From Prorocentrum cordatum (Eukaryota): a stretch of DNA of 64,000 bases. This document shows positions 1-8,428 of the stretch, piece by piece. Position 1 is the first letter of the stretch. Each line of letters starts with the position of its first letter. The translations under genes were made by a program, and so were the position numbers. The notes beneath the pieces are model-generated. The model ran no database searches. It was not told the DNA's origin and worked only from the letters and a program-made list of their open reading frames with translations. The stretch spans positions 558,001 to 622,000 of the forward strand of contig CAUYUJ010000303.1 of the NCBI GenBank assembly GCA_963575745.1, in the 5' to 3' direction.

Positions 1-181
1 GCTCCCGCCAGTATTTGCTGTGCATACATCTTGTGCAACCGGTATCGATGAGCGCCACTGGTACGTCAGACGTGTCACTGTCTTCACTCACCATAAGCAC
101 CATCTCCAAAAATCCTTCCCCGGGTACTGGGCGCACGTGGCGCCCGCGAGGGGCCCCTCTGGGCCCCGGTGTGGAGTGTGC
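1..181 (-). CDS. pol: Start of LTR retrotransposon pol (aspartic protease), in frame with gag after a single TGA; runs off the window
   Basis: Translating past the gag TGA (184-182) in the same frame gives AHSTPGPRGAPRGRHVRPVPGEGFLEMVLMVSEDSDTSDVPVALIDTGCTRCMHSKYWRE. ALIDTG (DTG at 46-38) is the retropepsin active-site motif. Confidence 0.85.
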
Positions 182-1711
182 TCAGGCCGAAGACGGCGGT
201 GGCCGCGCCTCGCGCAGCCTCTGCTCGCCCTCGTTGTAGTTCAGCGTGCCCTTGCAGTCCGGGAACTGACTGCACCCGAAGAACCAGCCGCCTGTCCGAT
301 GATTCTGGCGAGCCACCAGAGCTTTGGAGCACTTCGGGCACGGCAGCACCTCGTCGTCCTTCGTCGTTGGGAGAATCGTGCTGAGGCTGTCGCTGACCAC
401 GCTCGCACTGTCGCCAACATCGCTGCCCACGAGCTTGAAGGAGCCGAGGTCGGAGCCGCGGTCCGAGCTGACGAGGAAGGCCGAGTCGTACTCGACGTCG
501 TCCAGCACGAAAAGGGTCGCGTCCCTCCGCTTCTTGGCGCTGGTGCTGCTCGATGGGCGAGGGCTGCTGCCCGAAGCCGAGGGGCTGCTCCATGCCGGGC
601 GCGAAAGCGCCGCTGCTCGTCCACGTGGATCAGCTCGACTCTTCGGCTTCGCCGTCGGCTTCGGCCTCTTTGGACCCATAGGGCACTCCGGGTCCCCGGC
701 CCAGTGACCGAGCTTGCCGCACGCCCCGCAGTGCGTGCGCTGCTTGCCCTTCGCAATCTCCGCCTTGCGCTCCTCGAAGGTCAACGTGCCCTCCGCCTTG
801 AAGAAGCCACGCTTCCGCTGGAGGTCTCGAACCTTGGCCCGAGCAGTGTCGTAGGCGGCGTACGCGTTGTTGATCGCCTCGTCCTGACTCGCGCCAGCGT
901 CGCTGGCGATGTCCTCCTCGGCGTCACCGTCCTCGTAGGCCTCGTAGGCCTCGTCGTCGTAGTCCTCGTCCTGCTCGTCCTCCTCGTAGTCCACGTCGTC
1001 CGCCTCGGTGTAGTACACCCTCGTCTGCTTCTTGGACTTATCCTTGCCGCCCTTGCCTCCGCCCTTCGAGCGTCCATGAGGATGGGGCTGTGGCGGCCGG
1101 GAGGTCTTCTCCTGCAGGTGGAGGTCGTGGTAGTTCGTCTTCAGTGTGTTCTCGAAGGCCTTTGTCTCATACTTATTGTCCGCCACCATCGTGACCAGTC
1201 TCTTCTGGTCGTCCGTCAGCATAGCCCCCTCAAGGAGGAAGTATGCGTAGAGATCGTCGTTGAGCTTCGTCCCCTCGTCCAGCTCTGTCAGCTCCTTGTA
1301 CTTGTTGTGGAACGTCCTCAGGTACTCGACGATCTCCTGGCCACGGCGGCGGCGGGACCTCTTGAAGAAATCATCGAACTTCTGCTGCTTACGCACCACC
1401 GCTACCTTGTCCAGGCCATCGAGAGCCTCGATGATCTTCTTATGCGAGCCGTTCTGGGTGAGCGCCGTGATGTTGTCCAGCAGGGGCTCCACCGCCTTCC
1501 ACGCGCGGCCTGTGAGGCCCCGCGTCAGGCGCAAGCCCAGGTTCGCCCGCTTCTCCTTGCCAGCCTCCGTCGAGCTCAACTGTGTGCTGTACTCTATCAT
1601 CACCCTCATTCTGTATTCTCGTAGAAGAGCTCTGTTCTCGCCGTCCCAGTGCGGGATGCCCTCTTTGTCGACGAAGAGTTCCTCTGCGGACTCGTCCGTC
1701 ATGCGGGCCAT
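182..1711 (-). CDS. gag: Gag-like protein of an LTR retrotransposon (probably Ty1/copia-like)
   Basis: The first ATG after the PBS is at 1711 (MARMTDES...). The ORF contains the IPHWDGE gag-type N-terminal motif, a CCHC knuckle CGACGKLGHWAGDPEC (~730-683) and a C4 zinc ribbon CPKC...FFGCSQFPDC (~342-254). The superfamily cannot be confirmed without the integrase/RT order. Confidence 0.85.
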   Translation of the reverse strand: MARMTDESAEELFVDKEGIPHWDGENRALLREYRMRVMIEYSTQLSSTEAGKEKRANLGLRLTRGLTGRAWKAVEPLLDNITALTQNGSHKKIIEALDGLDKVAVVRKQQKFDDFFKRSRRRRGQEIVEYLRTFHNKYKELTELDEGTKLNDDLYAYFLLEGAMLTDDQKRLVTMVADNKYETKAFENTLKTNYHDLHLQEKTSRPPQPHPHGRSKGGGKGGKDKSKKQTRVYYTEADDVDYEEDEQDEDYDDEAYEAYEDGDAEEDIASDAGASQDEAINNAYAAYDTARAKVRDLQRKRGFFKAEGTLTFEERKAEIAKGKQRTHCGACGKLGHWAGDPECPMGPKRPKPTAKPKSRADPRGRAAALSRPAWSSPSASGSSPRPSSSTSAKKRRDATLFVLDDVEYDSAFLVSSDRGSDLGSFKLVGSDVGDSASVVSDSLSTILPTTKDDEVLPCPKCSKALVARQNHRTGGWFFGCSQFPDCKGTLNYNEGEQRLREARPPPSSA

Positions 1712-1724
1712 TGTCTCCGCCGTA

Positions 1725-1749
1725 GATCGTAAACCCAGCTCCGCGACCA
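1725..1749 (-). promoter_or_regulatory. Primer-binding site, probably complementary to initiator tRNA-Met
   Basis: The minus strand reads TGGTCGCGGAGCTGGGTTT 3 nt after the LTR-terminal CA. The plus strand GATCG(T)AAACCCAGCTCCGCGACCA resembles the T-loop (AUCGAAA) to CCA end of eukaryotic tRNA-iMet. Confidence 0.7.
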
Positions 1750-1752
1750 GTT

Positions 1753-1979
1753 TGAACTCCGATCTGCTGCTCTGCTGCAATCCGAGTGGGCGCAGCTCCT
1801 TTTGCTCCGACCAGCGTGCCGGCAGGCTCACGAGTCTCGGGCGCGGGCCGCCCGAGAGGCAGTAAAACCTGGGGCCCCAGGCTTGGGCCCACAGTGGTTG
1901 CGGGAGCACGGGAGAGGGACAGAGGGAGAGCAAAGAGGAAAGGGATAGGCGGGTTGAGGCGAGCCTGGAAATCTTCACA
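1753..1979 (-). mobile_element. Putative 5' LTR (~225 bp)
   Basis: On the minus strand it starts TG(TG)AAG at 1979/1977 and ends GTTCA at 1753, giving TGAA...TTCA inverted termini, immediately before the PBS. The second LTR is outside the window. Confidence 0.6.
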
Positions 1980-3685
1980 CGGATGTAGGCGCGTCTTTTT
2001 CAGGGCCGCGTGGTGTTCGCGATGTCGCAACAAACGTTGTTGGGCGCCACGGGGAGCGACCACGGGGTGGGACATTTGCCCACTTGCGGTCAGCATTCGG
2101 GGATATCTCACGCGAGACGTTGGCTTTTTGAGGTGGGTGTGCTTTTTTTCAGGGCCGCCACGAAGGACGCGAATACTCGGATCAGTCCCGGCAGTCGCCG
2201 CGGTACTGGGAAGACCGTCGGATCGATTATTTCGTTGTCGATTTTTTTTGGCGCGTACCGTTCAAACTTTCAGGGTGGCCCAGTGTTGGCAAATTTTGCG
2301 CGGTGGTTGCACGACGAAGGTGGGCGCACCATAGAACCCTTCACGACAGCCCATCGTTGTAAAGATTTTCGTCGCTGTTGTAAGACGAGCGCGGGCTTGG
2401 TGATCGCTCGAATTTGGGTGTTCACATTCGTTATGGCGCTCGCATGTGGTTCGCTAGACGTAAAATTTGTAAAGATCTTGGACGTGACAAATCTGTGATG
2501 AGCCTTGGCTAGGTCGTGTGCGGGCCTTCACTGGGTTCTGGGTAGGCCATGTATCAGCTCTTGAAAGGCCGCCAGGTAAGCCTGAGGCAGGCATTGGATA
2601 GGCCGTCGGGCTGACCTTGGACAGGCCTGGGGGTTCGTGGGCAGGCATTGGGCAGGATCCGAGGGGAGCGGTGCTCTGGCGCCGCCTGGACCGCAGAAAG
2701 GAGACCCACCTGCTGCAGGCCCACGGCAACCTGGGGCTCCCCTTCACATTAGCTCGAGCTTGATGTTCTGCCTTCGCTGTGAGCGTCGCTCCATTTTCGA
2801 TCCAAATTATTTGAAGTCCAGCTGTATGCGCTTGAGCTTCAACTTCCGCTCAACGCGCGGAAGCTTCGCTCCATTTTATAGTTCTCTTTTAGCTTGAGCT
2901 TGAACTTCCGCTCAACGCGCGGAAGCTTCGCTCCATTGCCATAATTTGTGGGAATGCCGAGACATTGGGTTTGCTCGAGGTGGGCCTTGGACGCTCTGGG
3001 TCGTCTAGGCCTTGGATAGGCGTAGAGTGCGTGAGGGGTGTGCCGAAATCGGGCCCATTGAGCCGTCTTGAGAGGTACGTAGCTGTTTCTTATGTCTTGT
3101 TTCGCCGATCGGCGCGGGCCCCCGCTCCCTCCTCCCCAAAGACCAGATCTTGGCTGCTTAAAGCGGCTGCTTCAACCGGGTTGATTAAGCACTGGGGCCC
3201 GCCCCCCCTCCTCCCCCCGGTGGACACACGAGCTGCTGCTGTACGTGTGTGAGTTGTTTTCTCGAGGCGCCCCCCTGGGAATGAAACAAAGGGTATGTAG
3301 GCAGCTGAAGTAGGATCATGCGGAATCTTATTTCGACCTGCGGCCCTCTGTATGTTTCATGGTTGCAGGCCGAGTGGAACACGTCCACCGCGTCGACAAC
3401 GAACATACTTTTTCGCGTTGCATGCCAAGTGGAGTTCGTCCACCGCGCCCGCAACAGCTCCTCTGCCGCGTGGAATGTGATTCCATTGGTCCGCCAAAAA
3501 GGGTGTGGAAAGGGAAGGGATTTAGAGGGTTTGCTGAGAGGAGAATGCAGGATTAAGGTCGACTGCGGCTCATGGCGTGCATCCGTGGGGGCATAGAGGG
3601 ATGGTGCGTTTTGCTGATTGATCATGATTGATAGAAGTCTTTCTGCTCTCCGATGCTGCGAACCCTAGACCGTCGCCGCATCTTG

Positions 3686-3722
3686 CTAGAACCAACGCGC
3701 GCGCGCAGCGCGCGCGTGGTTC
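3686..3722 (-). mobile_element. Helitron-like 3' terminus (GC hairpin then TGGTTCTAG)
   Basis: Minus strand GAACCACGCGCGCG-CTG-CGCGCGCGCGTTGGTTCTAG; a related copy lies at 16837-16877 on +. Confidence 0.4.
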
Positions 3723-3839
3723 ATCGGAGTAGGGCCCGGGGGCGGCCCGGGGCGATGCCTGTAATCTCCATGGGGGGTGCAGGGCGCCCCCGGGAGCGTC
3801 CGGAGCGTCCCGGAGGGCCCCTGGGACCGCCAGGAACAG

Positions 3840-4440
3840 TTCGAGACCGCCCAAGACGGCCCGCGAGCGCTCCAAGACGCGCGTAGATAGCCTCAGGAAT
3901 GGCCAGGAAGGCCCGAAGACGTTCCAAGAGAGCTCCATGAGGCCCCGAAGGCATCCCAAGAGGCCTCCCAAGAGAGCGCCGACAAACTAAAATCGCTGAT
4001 TTTCATATTTTTTTCGAGGTTGTTGGCCTTCTCGCTTTTTCGGGGTTCCGACGCTCCAAGACCGTCCAAAAGTCTCCCAAAACCGCTCCAAGACGGCCGA
4101 AGAGGCCCCCAAAACCGCCCCAAGACGGCCCAAGAGACCTCCAAAATCGCCCCAAGACGGCTCAGGAGAGCCCCAAGATGGCCCAGGAGCCGCCCAAGAC
4201 GGTTCCAGCCCCGACAGGGCTCAAGACTGCCTAAGCGAGCCCAGCGGGCCCCGAGAGGGCCCCGCGAGGCCCCAAGAGGCCCCAGAGAGGCCCCCAAGAG
4301 CCTCCCCGGAGGCCCCCAAGAGGCCCCGAAGATGCCCCAAAATGGCCCTGAGCGCGCCCCAAGACGCCTCCAGGAGAGCCCAACAGGCCTCCGAGCGGCC
4401 CCCAAGAGGCTCACTGGAGGCCCTCAGGAGGTCGTCCCCA
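3840..4440. repeat. Degenerate ~11-bp CCAAGA(C/G)GGCC minisatellite; dispersed family
   Basis: Iterated ccaagacggcc/ccaagaggcc words. The same or a related family recurs at about 4900-5370, 17400-17640, 23430-24070, 47880-48880, 58780-59310 and 62680-63960, in both orientations. Confidence 0.85.
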
Positions 4441-4588
4441 TCATGTTCCCAGAAGGTGGTTCGGGAACATGATTCCGCGCCTTGGAGGAGTATTCTGCGC
4501 TTTCCGAGGCGCCTTGGACGACGTACGTATGTTTCTATATATTGTCCTTCTCCTATGTGCACAATCCTACATGGCTGACGTATGTTTC

Positions 4589-4619
4589 TCTCTCTCTCTC
4601 TCTCTCCCTCTCTTTCTTC

Positions 4620-4650
<31 letters not shown>

Positions 4651-4822
4651 TATGCATATATATATATATATATATGTGTATATATACTTATATATATGAA
4701 TGTATATATACATTCATATAAATATGTATATGCATATTATAGTCATATGTATATGCATGTGTATATGTATATATATATATACATATACATATATATGTGC
4801 ATTTGTATATATATATATATGT
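4589..4822. repeat. (TC)n then degenerate (TA)n microsatellite
   Basis: Directly visible; similar (TA)n tracts at 16878-16980 and 59330-59460. Confidence 0.95.
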
Positions 4823-5963
4823 ATGGGGAAGGGGGTCCTGGACCAGGGGGGGGCCTCACTTTGCCCAGTGGCTGTGGTCACCCCCCGCCGGAGACGCAAG
4901 GACGCTCCCAGGAACTTCTGAAATGGCTCCAGGACGCCCTCAGGACAGCCCAAGAGAGGTCCGAAGCGGCCCGGGAACACTCCAAGACTGTTTAAAAGCT
5001 GCCAAAGCGTCTCAGCAGGTCTCCGACAGCACTCTCGGGAGGGGCCCAATGGGAAATTGTCACTGATTTTTTGTGGGTTTTGAAAGGTTTTGGCGTTCTC
5101 CCCAGTTCGGCTTCCAGACGCTCCAAGGCGGCCCAAGAGGCCCGAAAGACCGCCTCAAGACGAGCCCAGAGGCCCCCAAGAGACCACCGAGACAGCCCAA
5201 GAGGGCCCCAAGACGGCCCAGGAAGCTTCCAAGACGGCCCAAAAGAGCTCCTAGAACATTCCAAGAGGAGCCCCAGATGGGGAACACGAACTGACATTTC
5301 GAGCCCTCGCCCACCAGAAGCTCCCAAGAGGCCCCCAGGAGTCCGCAAGAGGCCTCGAGAGGCCCCCAGGAAGCGCTTGAGGTTGAAGCGGTGCCTCCTC
5401 CTTCCTTTCCTCGTCCTCCTCGTCCTCCTCCTGTTTTGGCCTCCGGAGGCCGCGGGACCTTCGAACATCGATCCCGAGGGGGCGCTCGCGGTTGAAGCTG
5501 TGGTGTCCTGGGCGCCCCCCGGCCGCGAGACGCGGTCCAGGGGGAAGCCGTGCCTCCTCTTCCTGCTTCTCCTCCTCGCCCTCGTCGTCGGAGGCCGCGG
5601 GACCTTCGAAGATCGACCCCAGAGGGGACGCTCGAGGTGCAGCGGTGGGGTCCTGGGCGCCCCCCCGGCCGCGAGACGCGGTCCAGGGGCGAGTGTCCGG
5701 GGCGGGCGCTCGAGGTCGAAGCCGTGCCTCCTCTTCCTCCTCCCTTTCCTCCTCGTCCTCCTCCTCGTCCTCCTCCTCGTCCTCCTCGTCCTCCTCCTCG
5801 TCCTCCTCCTCGTCCTCCTCCTCGTCCTCCTCGTTCTCCTCCTCGTCCTCCTCCTCGTCCTCTTCCTGCTTCTGCTTCTTCTATTCTCTGTGAGCAAGCT
5901 CCTGCTGTCTCCGCAGCTTCTCAGCCCAAGTGCCCCCCCGTCGGCCGCGCGTGCGGACGCCTT

Positions 5964-6428
5964 ATGCAGGCGCTCGCACAAGCGGCTCTCGGAGGCGCTG
6001 GGGAGATCTTCTTCAGGGGGCTGCGGGCCGCGCTCTACGAGCGGCTCGTGTCTGCCCCTTTCTCTGTTCTTCAGGACCCAGGGCCTCCTGCGCCGGCCTG
6101 GTCCATCCAGCAGGCGGACTCGTCCGAAGGTGAGGGGGCTTTCTGCCCCCTCCCTTCGGCGGGTTCCGCCTGCCCCACCGTCTGCCTCGGGCTGGCGGTG
6201 GATCTGAGCGGCGGGGTTTCGCCCTGGCTGCTCAGCACGGTCGTCGCCCTCCTTGGGTTGACGGCCGCGTGCAGCGCCTGCGCAGGCTGCTGCATCGGGC
6301 TGCTGGGCCCGTACGCGTGGCGGAGGCTCAGGGCCCCCGCCTGGCCGCGCGGAGCGGTTCCTGCCCCCTTTGAGCAGGACCGCCGTGCGGCGCGAGCGCT
6401 GGCTTACGGGGTTCCGCCGCGGCCCTGA
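5964..6428 (+). CDS. Small accessory ORF (154 aa) with a predicted transmembrane segment, at the 5' end of the YR retroelement
   Basis: ATG lies 36 nt after repeat A1. Hydrophobic Cys-rich stretch WLLSTVVALLGLTAACSACAGCCIGLLGPYAW is followed by basic RRLR. Confidence 0.5.
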   Translation: MQALAQAALGGAGEIFFRGLRAALYERLVSAPFSVLQDPGPPAPAWSIQQADSSEGEGAFCPLPSAGSACPTVCLGLAVDLSGGVSPWLLSTVVALLGLTAACSACAGCCIGLLGPYAWRRLRAPAWPRGAVPAPFEQDRRAARALAYGVPPRP

Positions 6429-6487
6429 GCGCTCGTGCGGGCAGACGCCCAGCATTCAGGGAGCAGCTCCCTCGGCTGCGCCCATTG

Positions 6488-8428
6488 ATGGCCGAGCTGC
6501 CACCAGTTGGCGGAGGGCCTCTATGGCCCGAGCTCTACCCATTCGCAGCTCCCACGGCTCGCGGCTACGCACGTTGGCGTTTAGACGACGGCGACACCAG
6601 CTGGGCAGCTATCCCCCTCGCGTCTCGAGAAGGGGGCATCCTCCTGGCCCTGCCTGGCGCCTTTCGCTCTACGGCGGAGCTCGAGGCTGCCGAGGCGGGG
6701 GGTTTTGCGGGGATGATAGGCCCCTTCCAGCTAGTGGACGCCCAGCTCCAGGGGGCCGCTTCGCGGCCGCTCGCCACTACTGCCTCCGTCCTCGTCGTGG
6801 ATATCGAGGTTGCAGAGCTCGAGCTCGAGTCGCTTTACCCTCTAGAGGTCGGCGAGGACGCGGCCATCGTCCCCTTCGCCGAGGTGCGGGGCCGCGTCTA
6901 TTGGCCACACCCTTCAGGGGTTCGGGTGCTTCGCGAGGGTTACGCACGCTTGCACGGCGCCCCGCCTACCGCAGGGGAGGAGCCGCTCCCAGGGGCCGAT
7001 CGGGCTACTCCCTATCACTCTGCCGACGAGATGGAAGAGCCCGAAGGGTTCGCGGCCGACGAGGACGCCGAACGCCCGGCCCCAAGTGCGCGATCTCCCG
7101 CGGACGCTGGAGCGCCTCGCGGCCCGCCCCCGAAGCGCACGGGCGCAGCCGCGCCGCCACGGGTCGCGGGCCCCGCTTCGATCGCTCCTGGTGCCCCTGC
7201 GGCGGCTCTGGACGACGGGGCTCCTATGACCCGTGCCGGAGTAGCTGCCGAAATGCGCGCTTTGCTTGCAGCCCACGCAGCCTCCATGATGGTCGGCCGA
7301 CCCGAATCGCTGGGCCCCGAGCCGCCTGCTCGGAGCGATCGGCCCGAGGTGCCTCAGCTCTTCAGCGACGAAGCGGTGCGCCTCGGGCTGGACCCTGCGG
7401 GGATCGAGGCCGTCCTGTCCCACGCGCCCGTGGCCCCGCAGCGGGTCTCCGCGCGTCCCAAGGGTCCGACCTCCGCGCTGGTCTCGGCGTGGGAAAAGGC
7501 GCGCTCTCTGGCTGTCCCTCGGGCCCCTTCGTCGGGCTTCGGAACGATGGGCCCTCCGCCGCCACCTGGGTTAGCCCATCCCGCTGCGGTCGACGGCTTT
7601 GCCGAGGCGGGCGGCGCCGACGGGTTAGAGCCGCCCCATACGGCCAATCCGACGGACTTCAGCCTCATGCTACAGTGCCTGCACCAGTCCCTCCTTCTGC
7701 AGCAGGGGCGGGGCCATCGTCCAACCGTCCATCCGCTGCTGGGGACCCTGAGCGACTCAGCTCAATCTCCGCCCGCGAGCTCGGGCGAGCCCGCGCCCGT
7801 ATCGGCTCAGATGGGGGGCATTGCTCGGAGGCGCGAGTGGCAGCAAGCGCTGATACAGCACGGCCCCGACGTGCGAGGGCTGATGAAGGAGAATCTGGCT
7901 CGCGTCCTAGGCGTGGAAGTCAGCGCCGTGACCCCCATGGCCATGCATCAGTACTTTCGGGAGCACAGTCCGTTGGGGGCTCAGCCGACGACGCACGAGT
8001 TGCTGACGCATTTCGCCTTTCTCAGCGCCGAGCTGTGGCGGGCCTGCGAAGAGGGCAATCCCGAGAGAGTCCAGACTCTACTGACGTGTCAGTGCATGTT
8101 CATCGACCAACTGGCGGGGGACCGCGGCTATCTCGAAGCCGCCTGGTTCCTCACAGGACTGGAGCCTCCCCCGTGTCGCGTGACGAGTCTTCACACGGAG
8201 CGCGAGGCCCAGACCCCGTTTTCACCTCTGGTGGACCCTCGTTGGCTGTCGGCGCAGGGCGAATACGTGAAGGAGCTGCAAGCATTTCGGGCGCGTCTCG
8301 ACGCCGAGCGCGCCGTCGCGCTCCCCAAGCACCCTCCTCACCAGCCCAAGCAGCCCAAGGTTGCGAAGCAGCCCTTCAAGACCCAGGGTGCTTCCAAGGC
8401 GCCGAAGGCGGTGCCCAAGAAAGACTGA
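6488..8428 (+). CDS. ORF1 (gag-like) of the YR retrotransposon
   Basis: 646-aa ORF in the gag position upstream of RT, with globular-looking N- and C-terminal blocks (e.g. AWFLTGLEPPP...FSPLVDPRW) and a Lys-rich tail. No motif proves a gag function. Confidence 0.75.
   Translation: MAELPPVGGGPLWPELYPFAAPTARGYARWRLDDGDTSWAAIPLASREGGILLALPGAFRSTAELEAAEAGGFAGMIGPFQLVDAQLQGAASRPLATTASVLVVDIEVAELELESLYPLEVGEDAAIVPFAEVRGRVYWPHPSGVRVLREGYARLHGAPPTAGEEPLPGADRATPYHSADEMEEPEGFAADEDAERPAPSARSPADAGAPRGPPPKRTGAAAPPRVAGPASIAPGAPAAALDDGAPMTRAGVAAEMRALLAAHAASMMVGRPESLGPEPPARSDRPEVPQLFSDEAVRLGLDPAGIEAVLSHAPVAPQRVSARPKGPTSALVSAWEKARSLAVPRAPSSGFGTMGPPPPPGLAHPAAVDGFAEAGGADGLEPPHTANPTDFSLMLQCLHQSLLLQQGRGHRPTVHPLLGTLSDSAQSPPASSGEPAPVSAQMGGIARRREWQQALIQHGPDVRGLMKENLARVLGVEVSAVTPMAMHQYFREHSPLGAQPTTHELLTHFAFLSAELWRACEEGNPERVQTLLTCQCMFIDQLAGDRGYLEAAWFLTGLEPPPCRVTSLHTEREAQTPFSPLVDPRWLSAQGEYVKELQAFRARLDAERAVALPKHPPHQPKQPKVAKQPFKTQGASKAPKAVPKKD

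Noticed and set aside
20..1624. 534-aa plus-strand ORF
   Set aside because: Antisense shadow of the GC3-biased gag gene; no motifs.
6370..8428. N-terminal ~690 aa of the 1595-aa ORF as real protein
   Set aside because: It overlaps ORF1 in another frame and is Arg/Gly/Ala-rich as expected for an off-frame GC-rich read. It leaves room for a -1 frameshift, but I found no canonical slippery heptamer.
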